From assembly GCA_030704615.1 (NCBI GenBank), contig CM060733.1:42904001-42968000 (forward strand): a stretch of 64,000 nucleotides of DNA, read 5' to 3'. This DNA comes from Takakia lepidozioides. Taxonomy: Eukaryota > Plantae > Bryophyta. Made by a program: the position numbers and the translations under genes. Below are positions 51,600 to 64,000 of the stretch, in pieces; position 1 is the stretch's first letter, and every line of letters starts with the position of its first letter. The notes beneath the pieces are model-generated. The model was not told the DNA's origin, ran no database searches, and worked only from the letters and a program-made list of their open reading frames with translations.

Positions 51600-52821
51600 G
51601 GCAGTTCGGAGGCGGCTCCACAGCAGCACAGCAACGGTGCGACCGCTGCACTCCTGCCGACCCACCGATATTGCAGCAGTATGCGTGTTTGCGGGTTGTG
51701 TTGCAGGGCAGGTGAGCAGACTGTGCGCTGTCGCTTGCTGTTGCCTGCAACTGCTTTGCCTTCCGCTTCTCTTCACATTCTCTCTCTTTTCTCTTTTGGG
51801 TTTTCTGCTTCTTATTCTGTTCTCCTGATATTACAAGTTCGATGATCCGCCCTATTATAATCCATTCACCTTCACAAAAGGATAAAGAAACCCATGGTAA
51901 TCTGTAAGAACACTGAGGTGTGAACAGTACAAAAGCCATGTACACCTAGACTCCATGCAGTCAAAATAAGGTGGCCATTTGGGTTGCAAAGCTGTGCATG
52001 TTTTCATAAGATTTGAACTTGCCCAGTGCATAGACAATGCATTTGACTGTTGAGACTATTGCTCCATAAATTTGGTGATGGGGTATAACGCTGTCACGGG
52101 TAACTTAAGAGATTTTATACAAGACATGGCAGCAGAAGCACTTGGGTTAGGTTTACTTTTTGGAACTACAGTAACGGATTTGTGGCGGGATTATCCTTTC
52201 TTCCTATCAATCTCTTTCTGGAATTTCATGTCTTTTAAGTGTCAGATCTTGTCATGCAAAACAGATTTGAAAACAGAAACAATTTCACAAATTGGTGAAT
52301 TTGCAGGGAACGCCCTTCATTCTGAGGCGCGCACATTCCACATCCAGTACCAACAACGATGTTCATAAGGTTGTCCAGTCTGATTATGACTGATGATCCA
52401 TTCAGCCTGAATTCTAGTGGTTTACAATAAGGAGGAATCAGTTTCAAAGCCTCAGCAGGTCTTGTGGGAAGTTCTGGGAATATTTGGCAACATGCTGCAC
52501 GACTTGAATGGTCACCAGGTACTAGAAAGCAATCACCCTAACAACCCAACCTTGAGGACTCTCACTTCAATGTATTTGACTAGCCCCTTACATGGATTTT
52601 CTTTGTGCAGATTCTTTCACAATTCTAACTCCGCTGCAAAAAGGTCTTTTGAGATATCAATGCTGCAGTTCCATTATTAGCCTTGCATTGTGCTGATCAC
52701 CATGGACAACTGACATGCAGTGATACTGATTATCACACTCCATTAACTTCACTCTTTGCTTGTGACCTCATCTGCTGTCATGCAGCATATGGTTCACTTT
52801 CTACAATGCATTTTGCTTGTC

Positions 52822-54510
52822 TTACCAGGAACCCCTATAAGAAGAAACCCTCTCTTGGAAGGGGTGAAAGCAGTTGGTGTTCCGTGCAGACAACTGCTCA
52901 CCCAACTATTGAGATGAACTTGGTGGCAGTATGACAGTCAACACAGTGAATGTTCCTCATGATGTGGGTTGGTGGCCAGGGGATGTGCTGATAAGCCTGA
53001 AAACAATTTGCCAGTTTGCAAAGAGAAAACGACTTTCCTTGCTCCTCCACATCAAACAATACAAACTGCATATCAGTGTCTCCCGCCATCCTGCATCTGG
53101 CCAGACAATCTCTTCAGTTCAGCTGGAGTTCCTCAATCTTTGGCTGCAATATGCCTTCTCCACCGAATGTATACACCCAGTTATCAACCTCATTACTTTT
53201 CTGATACCCCTTTCCTCCAGACTCTGTTGTCCCACCTGCTAGCAACAGCACCTTGTGTAATTTTGCCAAACGCTCTGGTAGCTGCATGTTGCCATGAAAT
53301 CTGCAGGCCACCAGCAGGCCTCATACTGGAGCATCTGGTTTCAGGGGCATTTCATTCATGAAGCCCTCTCCCTCATCCGACTGCCCTGCACGGCCCACCG
53401 TGCAGACAAAATGCTCCACTATGGGATTGAGGCAAGCTTAACTCAGACTCAAAGTGATCACAGCCATCACCACTAAGCGCACCTGATCACATGCAGAGAG
53501 AAGAAATGGAAAGGTAGTGGGTCGACTTCAAGCCTTCCACTTGAATTCTTTACAAAAGTAGCAGGGCCTTGCTACACACACCCAAGCTGACCATATGCTG
53601 CAATCAACGAATTTCTACGAGACCATTGTGCGATGCTGTTGCAGATGTGCTTCGTCTTTGCTCCCATATTTGAAATATACGTTGCCGAGGGTATTCTCCA
53701 TATTGCTATATTCCTCCAAATTACTATATGCGTGACATATTACATATATGTATGGACCTCTTTGCCCTTATTTAGGGCAGCTAGTCTGGCACACACTTTG
53801 AGAACACAAATAAACATGTTGCGTGACACACCTGTCCCATATCATTTGCTGAAACATCTAGAACGCTTCCCTAACCCTGTCATGATAAGAGCATATCCTG
53901 CCATGATCGCACTCCCTGAGACCACATTTGGCACAGTGGGTACTGTTGAATGCTCATAGTTCCTGCTCCCAAACTTGGGATGCATATTGACAAGGCTATT
54001 CTTCAGATTTCACAAGGAGGCAATTCCAGCTTTCATGATGTCGGCAAGGACCTCTTAGCCATTTCCAGAGTTTCTAGGCTGGCACCATTTAGAACAACTG
54101 AAACCCAAGCGAACGTGACTCTGTGGGTCATACCTTCCCATTACATTTGCAATGGAGAGACAGCTTTCTTTCCACAACCATCCTGAGCATATTCTGACAG
54201 TCATGGGGATGTGAGGACACTACACAAGACCAGACAACTGACAAGGGCACTGCATGTTGTGAAACAACGAGGTGGTTTAGCAGACCCGATTCTTATGTGT
54301 CTATCTTGCAGGAGTGCACAAAAATTAAGGACCTAAATGGGAAAGCAGTAGCGCATGTGCATTATCTGAAGTGGATTCAAGGCAAACCTAATCTGCTGAA
54401 TGGCCTCGTGAACATGTCTGCCAAATTTGGGGGTGTGGTTTTCGAATCCCATGGGGTGGATGTTGCTTCACTCTCACGGTGCCTGCTAAAAGCAGTTTGT
54501 GGTGGAGGTG
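52822..54510 (-). pseudogene. PLS-E-DYW PPR pseudogene
   Basis: LVNMHPKFG, MIAGYAL, SHMVSLG, remnants of the E domain, and FVLFDVEE...CVDCHTATKFIS...FHPF...GSW*. Many stops and frameshifts. Confidence 0.8.
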
Positions 54511-57500
54511 CCTGACTCAAACAAATGTGGTTGTTCACCCTGCCATCCTGCACACCTCAAAACTTGCGAGTTACAATCCTCTAGACATCATATATCTCGA
54601 AGCTCCTGGGTAACTGAAAGAAACATCTCCTCTTAATACATTAACAGGGTTACTGCAGGAACCTAGTTTGAGAATAACTGTCCGAATTTTATCTGTTTGG
54701 CTTGGAACCCTGAAAGAAAAATAGACTTGGCAAATAGAGTAGTACTATATCATCCCTGCTGCAGACATGCCATGAAATGGTACGGAGTACTACCCAGACT
54801 CAAGTCAAAGGATATACGAGGAGATGCACCTCAGAGCAATCTTCTCCACTCAATGTTTTCTACTGGTGAGGCTAAGCAAAGCAGCTTAAAAGCGTCAGAG
54901 GAGAGAGATCCAACGAGAATTGTAATAAGAAAAATGCAGCCATATTTTCTGCCTGCAGCTCTATGGTGTACAGCAACATTAGAACAATCTTTAGATTATG
55001 CTCGGCCTCTTCTTGGATGCATTTTCGCAATGGAGAGCAAACTCGTCATGGAATATAAGCAACTGCAAATACAACGAAGTCAAGAAGACATTATCATTCC
55101 TGCTTCAGTAACTGACGCCCTTGACAAACAAGTCCTAGATGAAGATTACCTTACGTGACCAAACATGTCGTTCCACCACTGCGATATGTCTGGGAGACCC
55201 TCAACCATTGTATCAGGGCGAGGAGCAGTTCAGGGGCAAAATCTGCAGACTTGGTTGAGGGTCAACTGCCATCTGAGCTGTTCTTTGCTCATTGCTGCAC
55301 CTGGGTGCAAGAACTGCAAGGATGTGAGAGAATTACCAGTTTCCAATTGGCTTAGTCTCAAGTGAACGGCGTTGCCTCTTTAACATAATCCTTCAGCAGC
55401 TACAGATCTGGGTAGAATGCTAGTGTAGGCTTTCCATAACACTCATCTCCCTCTCTAGTTTCTCTCTCTCTCTCTCCATGCCCCAGACCTTTCAAACTTG
55501 TTCGGATTGGGGACTAGAGAAGTGCTGATTGTATACCTGCCCTTTCCACAAATCTGGGTAGGAACTCCGAAACAGGGTAGATATCGTTGTCAAAGCGTAG
55601 CTCATAGATCATAGCCGCAAACAGTCAATACTGGGTGCAGAGTTTTCCTTCGCCTCTGCGCGAGTCTGGACATAACTCTCAACCTGAAGGAAAATCTGGT
55701 GGGTGTTTCCGCACAGAATCCATGTAAACAGGGACCTCTCTCTCTCCAGCCATGAAGAGAAGAGAAATACCTCAATAAGCTCAATATCTTTCAGGAGATC
55801 CTGAAGCAGGTGATGGAACCCACACAACGCGTGGCCATTACATTCACATTCCTCTCCTTTCTTGTGTGTCCGTAATGTGAAATTCTTCGACCGTAAATAA
55901 TATTCCGAAGGACCGTGTGGACTCGAGACAGGATCGTCGCTGTTTAAAGAAACGCAAAGACTTGCATGTCGACACCTTTAATCTGTTTGGTTAGAGACAT
56001 CATAGGGGCATGTGACAATATGGCCACAAGCCAGCTGCTTTGGACAGACCCACCTCCTACAAAACCGATCGTAGAGTTCATTCATGCATCTGCAAGACAG
56101 TAAGGTTGATCTGTAGACCGAACAAGCCCGGCGCTGCTGCCGTACATGAAAATATCATCTGCTGTGCCGAATGCATCACCTCAGAGGGAGGAGTTAGACA
56201 GCTGTCTTACCGTAGGTATCATTGGTCCAGTGGATGAGCTCGGCAGAATCTACAGAGACTTCCAGTACGGGACTGAGAAGGAAAGGCCAATATCCCGTAT
56301 GCGACCTGAGTGGGCCACACAAGTCATCACACTCCCTTGCCACAAAGCTGGCTAATTCGTTTGCAATGAAGTCAGCACCAAGGCAGGCAGCAATGAAGAC
56401 AAGCAAAGCAAGCGCTAAAAGTGAGCACAAAGTTGACAGGGTCTTCCATTGTGACACAATCGCATTAATTCCCCTTTGAGCCGGAAATGCTCAGTTATCA
56501 AAATTCCCAAGACACGTCTGACTTGGCAAGTCAAAAGGCGCAATGACAAGACTGGATTGCATGTGCAGTCGTGCAGAGATCACGTTTGCTGTATGCAGTG
56601 TGATGTTGGTCTGATGCGAGAGCTTTCACCAAAAGCAGCCCCTCCTGCAGGCCACCATGGCCTGATCCGGAGTTCAAATTCCCGTATGCCACACCAGAAG
56701 CCAGAAGTGTACTTTTGCCAGAATTGGAACAAGAGAGGAGGAAGAAGATGATGAGTGTAAAATGAGGCAAAGGAGTTTCTCCGCTTCATCTTCTTTGTTT
56801 TGTTGCAGAGAACAGGCCAGGATGCGATGCTTGAAGCACGTGAAGGGTTGTCAAGGATGATTCAGGGCAGAGCTGGAATGACACGTAATGACATATGAAG
56901 CTCACGTCCATCTGTCATTGTGGGCCATGTCAGCTGTGCACACTCAAACACACACTCTTTTCTCCCTCTCTCCACATGGCTGTCTCACTCGCGTTTGCAA
57001 GACCCAACTAATTACTTGAGTGACTGGCTCATGTGCATTTATTAGTTTCTCTCCTCACTGTCACCATTAGTCCCCAATCCGTCTCTGTCTGCGCAGCGGA
57101 CCTTGTGAAGTGAAAATGCGAAGCGGTAGCTAGCTGACGATCTCGAAGCTTTCTTCCATATTCATATTTTTACCGCCTTCCTTGTAATTTCATTCGTTTC
57201 TCTCTGTTCCAGGTGTAGTCTACAGCAAGAAAGCCAATGCAAGAAAGAGGCAGAAGGCCTGAGATTCTTGAGAGACTTATGGATGGCTTCTCAGACTAGG
57301 CAGCAAGCACCCAGTATGTCCTTGTTCCTGGCTGCATGCATCACCCATGACAGAATTGGAAGAAGTGGTTCAGTTTGAACACACACATGGCCACAGATGG
57401 CCAGGGAGTTGTGCCTCCCCAGGGCCTTTCCCCTGATGCAGACCTGCAGGTTCTATTATTCGTAGCGGGACGCCTTTACTAAGCGGTAGGGCGGGGTTGT

Positions 57501-57825
57501 TGCATGCTGCACATGGTGGGACTGATGAAGTGGGCAGAGCAAGATAATGAGGTAATCGCTGCCCAGCATTGTTCATTTTCTCAGCAAACAATGGCCCAAT
57601 GGTCGAGAGATATTCAGCAGCTATGGACGTTGCATGAAAGAGTTTGAAATTATGACAGTTCAGGGAGAAGTACTTCTCTTTAGAAACAAGATTTTCTTTT
57701 GCATTAAAACGGGACATGCACGTGAGTATGTTATGTGGAGGATCTTGTGTGTAGCTTTTCCATGTGCGGGATGGTTTGGATTAATGAGTGGTAAATTCCA
57801 GTGTCTTACTATTTCCAAATTATGA

Positions 57826-58074
57826 GGCTGAGCCAAAAGCCCAGGCCCTTTTGGGGCCTAGTTATTGGGCAAACCACACACAGCAGATTGATGCTTGTGT
57901 GAAGGGATTTCTAGAGGAGATCTTGAAAACTCGAATTAATTGTCTGTTCCAAGGTAAGTCATACTACCTGCGTCAGCCCATGACAGGTAGTTTCTGTCCC
58001 TTTGTGTTCCGTCCAAATGGGGGCAGGGTCAATGGCCACAAGGCTACGGCAAACAGCGTCTTATGAGAACATTC
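57826..58074 (+). mobile_element. 3' tail of LINE family A with a 14-bp TSD
   Basis: TTTCCAAATTATGA at 57812-57825 and 58075-58088; the insert matches the LINE 3' end. Confidence 0.92.
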
Positions 58075-58145
58075 TTTCCAAATTATGATAGACTGGGTAG
58101 ACTTCTGCTCATGTTCGGTTCTACCGGAAACCGGATCTAACCAGA

Positions 58146-59520
58146 TTGGCACAGAGAGACTTGTATGAGAGAGCCTGTAATGCAGCAAAAGTGGCAGAGA
58201 TGGAAGGGGACGCCCAAGTGCAGGCAGCTGTGGCGGCAGGCGGTGGCCCTCCTCCAGCGACCTCCAAAGAGCCAATGCACTTCAATCCATGGTCTCTTAA
58301 ATTCAGCAATGCGGGACTGGAGGTTGCTTATTGCCGAAAAGTCAACACCAACTGTGACAATTACGATTACATTCCTGTAATCTTCAAGTTGGTCTTGTCC
58401 ATGCCCCACGTACTGCAGATTTTTAAGGAAATGCGAACAAGGGTTGATTGGGAGGTGTGTTCTGATTGATGTTCTCCTATTTCTCCACCTCCAGGGTCTT
58501 CTTTGGTGGGTTTTGTAAGAGTTTGAGATCCATGGGATCAATTCAGGTCACTGAAACACAAAATCAATTGGTATCTTTGAAAAGGGTGTCCTTGTCCTAT
58601 GGAAGATTGTTGATGCTGGTGGAGACCAGGACGCAAAGCTGTTTTGTGTGTGTATGTGTGTGAGTGAGAGACAGCTTGCATGCTCACTGATTTAGTGTTT
58701 CCCTTGCTGGGCTTTGGCTGTAGTGGACGGCTGCTGTGCCACCTGGTCAGCCAGTGATTTCTGCGGGTCAACTATGGCACATGTGTGTGGCTGGCTTGTG
58801 TGTTGTCTTCCTGGCCATTCAATTGGGTGCCTCAAAATGGTATGTTGGAGGGACAGGGATTCCTCCTATGTTTTCACTTCTAAATCAACCAATGAGGCCC
58901 TGGTAATTGCTGACTTCTCATCTAGCATTTATGTCTTGTATGGCTGGTGTGCACTTTTGCATGAGTGTCAGGATTTTCTTCTACACATTCGCTTCTAAGT
59001 CTTTTCACCAATTGGAAATAAGGCTGAACTTGAGAACTTTTGTGAGAGCATTGCTGTTATTTGACTGTCCTGAAGTGATTGCTTGAAGGTACCGAAGTCA
59101 TCGAGGCAGGACACTGTGGTGGGTTGTCTTTGCACTGTGGGTGTGCGAGAGCATCAAACTACACTTCAACACCTCTGTAACATCTCAATCCCACTCCCCT
59201 GCATCCTCTATTAGGGTGATAAGGGAGGAGAAAGAGTGCAGATGTCCTCATTTTCAGGTTTCCTAATTCTGACACAAGTCATTGGCTACAGTAGAACCAG
59301 CCATGAGAGCAATGTGCATTACTTGACCATGTAGAAGGTGTACACATATACTGCAGTATGCTGCTGCTACAGGGCCTAGCACAAGATATCATGGATTAGT
59401 TTGCCATCCAATGTCTGTTCATTCACCATGGACTACCACTCTCCTTGCCTTACCAACAGAAATGTGCGAGCAGAAAAGGCAAATTTTCAATACCTTGACA
59501 GGATTAAGTAATCCAAGAGT
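58146..59520 (+). pseudogene. possible degenerate KDZ/CxC-type transposase relic
   Basis: FCVCMC...D...LGF; GWLVCC..H..G.LK...SYVF...IYVLY..C; TEMCEQ near 59457-59474. Confidence 0.35.
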
Positions 59521-60056
59521 GGAGTTTAGCCATATTCAAGGACAGATTGTACTCATAAGACGTTGTTTGCCGTAGCCTTGTGGCCATTGACCCCGCGCCC
59601 AGTTTGAGCGGGAACAAAAGGGACAGAACCTACCTCTGTCAGGGGCTGACGTTGGTAGTAAGACTTACCTCCATATAAAGAATTAATCCGGGTTTTCCAG
59701 ATATCCTCTAGAAATCCCTTCACGCAAGCATCAATCTGCTGTGTGTGATTTGCCCAAAAACTAGGCCCTCAGGAGGGCCTGGGCTTTTGGCTCAGCCTCG
59801 AGACTTTCAAAGTTGGTAAACAGGGGTACAGGCACAATTCCCTTAATAGATTTGAAGAGAGCGTCTCTTTGGTGAGAGAACCCCGGACAGTGTATCAGAA
59901 AATGAATACTGTCTTCAGATTGCCCACACAACGGGCAATTGCACTCTCCCTTTCCTCTCTGCTTCTGTTTGCTGTTCAAAGGTAGGCTTCCTGCCCTGAG
60001 TTTAAATTTCAGTCTAGTGCCGAGAGTGGGTAGACCCTTGAGGTCATCAAGATGTC

Positions 60057-60345
60057 CCCCATGTAGACTGGAAACAAGTTCAGGGAAGCCTAACTTCATT
60101 TTCATCAGACAATCTCATGGCAACAGACATGGCTGAGGACACTACACTCTAAGTCAGATTTATTGAGGATCCAGGTCCAAGATGACCTCCCCCATGTCAC
60201 AGACTGGAAACAAGTTCAGGGAAGTTTTCTGCCTAACTTCATTTTCATCAGACAATCTCATGGCAACAGACATGGCTGAGGACACTACAGCCTCTAAGTC
60301 AGATTTATACAGCAGGGTCAAGACTTGCGGATCCAGGTCCAGGTC
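60057..60345. repeat. internal tandem duplication in the LINE
   Basis: ~60057-60178 is a deleted copy of ~60190-60340 (agactggaaacaagttcagggaag...gacactaca...ggatccaggtcc). Confidence 0.85.
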
Positions 60346-63300
60346 CTTGAGGATCTCTTCTACTCTCTTCTGCCAGGACTTAGCCTGTTTGACAGGGCGG
60401 TCCTCCAAGATATAGAGTCGATTAATTTAGGATATCTGGTGTTGGGCATATGTTGCAGCTGACCCCACCATCTGACCTTGAATTCATCTCGTCGGGAGCT
60501 TAAGGACGGAATGCCAAACTCACCCCGAACAGCCACATTGGCTGTTTTGGAGCATGCTGACATACACTCCTTAAGCACCCCCACTTGAATGGATTCTAGA
60601 GACTTAGCCTGGTTGGAGTTATCAACCCATATAGCAGATCCGTACTCCAAGGCAGGTCTAATAACGCGACAAAGCATGGTTTTCTTAACCTCAGAGTTGA
60701 CCCCTCTGCAGTGGAAAAATTTAGTGAGCCCCAGAGCTTTGCCCTTGCCAGTTTGAACAACTTTCCGGATATGTGCATCCCAATTACAATTGGAGGAGAA
60801 CTCAACGCCCAGGTAAGTGTAGGAAGGGAGGACCGGGATCTCTTGGCTACCCCACTGCCACTTAAGATCACTTCCTCCCTCTCCTCTGTCATTGAATGCT
60901 ACCACTGCACATTTGCTGACATTAGCCTCTAGCCCCCAAAGATCAAAGTATCTCTTCGCGCAATCAATCAACTCCTGGAGATTGGTTGGAGTCTCCCCTA
61001 TGCCTGCGAAGTCATCCGCAAACATAAGGGCTGGTATGGTGGTATCACCCACCCTTAACCCAAATCCCTCACTTTCCACATCCTCGAGGAGTTGATTGAT
61101 GAAAACATTGAAGAGCAGTGGGGAGAGAGTACATCCTTGAGCTACACCTTGGTCTATGTCAAAGAAGTTGGACTTCTGTCCGTTAACAGTGACACAGCTT
61201 TTGGTGTGAGCATACAAGTTGTGGACAACTCTCCACAACTTTCCCTTGATCCCACAAGACCAGAGGCGGAACCATAGGCCATCCCTCCACACTGTGTCAT
61301 AAGCCTTTTTGACATCCAGGAAAAAGACATAAGTGGGTTCCCTTCTTTTTCCTTCCCTGGATAATCTGGCTTAGAGTGAAGATATGATCCACACAGCCCC
61401 TGTTTCGCCGAAAGCCAGCTTGGCCTTCGTGGAAACAACCTCTGGACTCCAGATCAACCTCGAGACGAGTACTTATAACTCTGCAGAATGTCTTGCCAAC
61501 AGCATGGAGGAGCGTGATGCCACGGTAGTTCCCCGGTTCTTCTCTGTCACCCTTCTTGTATAGATTGACAATGACCCCCTGTCGCCAGCGAAAGGGGATC
61601 ATTTCAGTCTTCCAGATAAGGTTAAAGAGGAGAACTAGGGCCTCTATCATGGGATCGCCACCGTGCTTGATAAGCTCGTTGACAATACCATCAGGTCCAC
61701 CAGCTTTATATCCATTTAAATGTTCAATTGCTTCCACAATCTCAGAAGAACTAATGGGAGCATTATAAGCCATTGAAATATACTCCAGTTCATCAGGGCT
61801 GTTTTGAATCATAGGAACAGTTTTTCCAACTGTGTCCCTCCATTCAGCAGAAGACCCCTCACTGTTAGACCTAGAAGTTCTGCCAAGGATACTGTAGTGA
61901 GTTTCAAAGGTTTTGACAATGTCAACCGATGAAGTCACCACTTTACCTTTAGTAGTCTTCAGCGCTTGTACTTGCTGACTTTTTTTCGGTTTGTACAAAC
62001 GTTGAAGGGCCAACCAGAATTTCTTGTCATTACCACCATGGTGGTTTGAGTTTATTTCACTGTATAACTTGTCCCAGTATAATTTCTTCTGAGACCTAAC
62101 AAGCTGATTGATATCTTTACGGAGCTGGTAGTACCTCGCCCACAATTCTCTGTTGGTTTCCAAATTGCAGCACTCTTTATAGAGGGCTCGTCTCTCAGCT
62201 ATCTTGAGTTTAATCTCATTAGTCCACCAATTAACTGCTCTACCGCAGACAATTAGTTTCCTCCCAATGATCTTGTCAGCCACGGAGGAAACGAAACTCT
62301 CCCAAGAGTCCACTGCTCTTTCGACTTCATTTCTTGCGTTAACAGAGCGTGACTGAAGTTCTTGGAGCGATTGGACAAAATGAGGGAGAGCCTCTTGCAA
62401 GGCCTGGACATACTCAGCCTTGACCTCCTCATTGTGGAATTTTCTATGCGCCACTTCCGAATCGAACGTTTCACAGATCTCTTGGTGGTGGGAAAACACC
62501 TTTTGATCTCAGTCCAAACCAGGAAGTGGTCAGAGGTACCAATATCAGTTCTGTCGATCAACACATTGGCACACTGGGGGAACAAAATTTTGTCCATTAT
62601 GATATAGTCCACAATGGAACGTTCCCCAGTTTGGGGTTTCTCACGAGTCCACTGCACTTGGTCACCTCTTGTCCTGTTATTCAAGGTCAAAAGCTGAAGC
62701 TCTTCTAGACAGTTAATTAACCGTCTGCCATTAGAATTCAGCTCGTCCTCACCAAAAGGTCCAATGATATCGTCCTGATGGATCCCTTTGCCCACCCGGG
62801 CATTGAAGTCCCCAATAGTACCACCTGACCTTTGGCAAGGAACGAAGCACAGTCCAGCTTTACATCTTCGAAGGCCTTGTCTGCGTCAGCACTAAGGGTC
62901 CCCTCTGTGGGCATGTAAACACAACCAACAAAGAGGTCCTTTGTACTCATGCCGCCCTTCAAATTCAGTTTTAGCCAGATACTATGCTCGTACCTCAAAC
63001 CCTTGTTGATAATTTCACAATTATCAAACAAGAAATCACGGACAAAGAATCCAACCCCTTTTTGACCGCGTTTGGCAGAGGCTGCCTTGAGAGTACACAT
63101 CTTACCTGCCCATTTATAACCAATGACATCTCCAACCAGTTTATCCGACGTTTCCCATGTTTCTTGCCCAGCACAGATATGAATATCATTAGTCCGAAGA
63201 ACTTGTCCCACTTCAAGTTGTTTCCTTTGGTTGGTCAACCCTGAGAAGTTGAAAGTGGCCAGCCGCAAGCCAGCCCTTTGCGTGTGAATTGTTTGTCGTC

Positions 63301-63357
63301 TAGGTAGCTTGTGATTGCTCCTGGACGGCCAACCGTTCTGTAAAGGGGGGGACAGTT

Positions 63358-63730
63358 ACCCCATGTGTAGATTTTGCTCGTCTTGTGTAAACTTTGAGAA
63401 TTGGTAAACCATTCAGGGTACCAAATCTTTCAGTTACACGACGCACAGGCTCCGCACACATAGGGGCAGATTGTCCGTCAGACTGCTTGGGGACAATTAC
63501 CCCGTGTATAGATTTTGCTCGTCTTGTGTAGACTTTGAGGATTGGTAAACCATTTAGAGTACCAAATCCTTCAGTTACACGACGTTCAGGCTCTGCACAC
63601 TTAGGGACAGATTGTCCACTACCCATGTATAGAATTTGTTCGCCTTGTGTAAACCTTGAGGATTGGTAAACCATTCAGAGTACCAAATCCTTCAGATTCA
63701 GGACGTTCAGGTTCCGTACACTTAGGAGCA
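63358..63730 (-). repeat. three tandem 120-141 bp coding repeats upstream of LINE ORF2
   Basis: P.C.EP.R...E.FGTLNGLPILKVYTRR..S.HG occurs three times. Confidence 0.88.
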
Positions 63731-64000
63731 TCTTGTCCTTCTGGCTGTTTGGATTCAACCTCATCCAGAGCATCAAACCGATTAGAAACTCTCAAGTTGA
63801 AGTTGTTGCCCTTGGTTGTCTTCCTAGAGCGCCCCATTGAATCACCAATGTCTAAGACCGCTCTCCAGCCAGTCAAGGGACAAACTTCTTTGAGATTGAA
63901 TTGATGCGGGACTCTATTAGAAGCACTTTTGGTCATGTTATCAAGTCTCGAGATGGTACCATTAGCCATGAAATCCAAGCCTAAGCTAGAGCATGTAGTT

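Larger units (their letters stand above)
59545..64000 (-). mobile_element. near full-length APE-RT non-LTR retrotransposon, family A (RTE/RTEX-like), frameshifted
   Basis: APE domain 63268-62500 (ATFN, GQETW, GVGF, VYMP, GDFN, NSNG, VDYI, SDH). RT GPDGI, NYRGITLL, QAGFR, QGCTLSPLLFN, FADD, YLG. C-terminal CPLC...H...C finger. Confidence 0.93.

Noticed and set aside
54697-57720. Short ORFs (54697-55158, 56146-56355 and others) as genes
   Set aside because: No recognisable domains or consistent exon structure.

Overview
Eukaryotic, land-plant-like DNA. Spliceosomal introns, plant-type CCR4 genes and PLS/E/DYW PPR relics suggest a bryophyte or other early-diverging land plant (inference). 1-30.7 kb is a nest of transposable elements: (i) a frameshifted Ty3/Gypsy LTR retrotransposon whose pol carries a DNMT3-like C5 DNA methyltransferase between protease and RT, and a PHD finger after integrase (the standout finding); (ii) fragments of two non-LTR retrotransposon families; (iii) a TnpA-like ORF followed by an FCP1/NIF-type phosphatase domain; (iv) a CACTA TnpD gene; (v) a Mutator-like transposase divergently paired with a ParB/Srx-like gene that contains four 30-bp palindromes; (vi) PPR pseudogenes. 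33.7-51.6 kb holds two intact 11-exon CCR4 deadenylase paralogues arranged tail-to-tail, with conserved upstream ORFs, one overlapping the start codon. 52-64 kb holds a DYW-PPR pseudogene, a possible KDZ-type transposase relic and a near full-length APE-RT LINE. All assignments come from reading motifs by eye; no database searches were run, and pseudogene boundaries are approximate.
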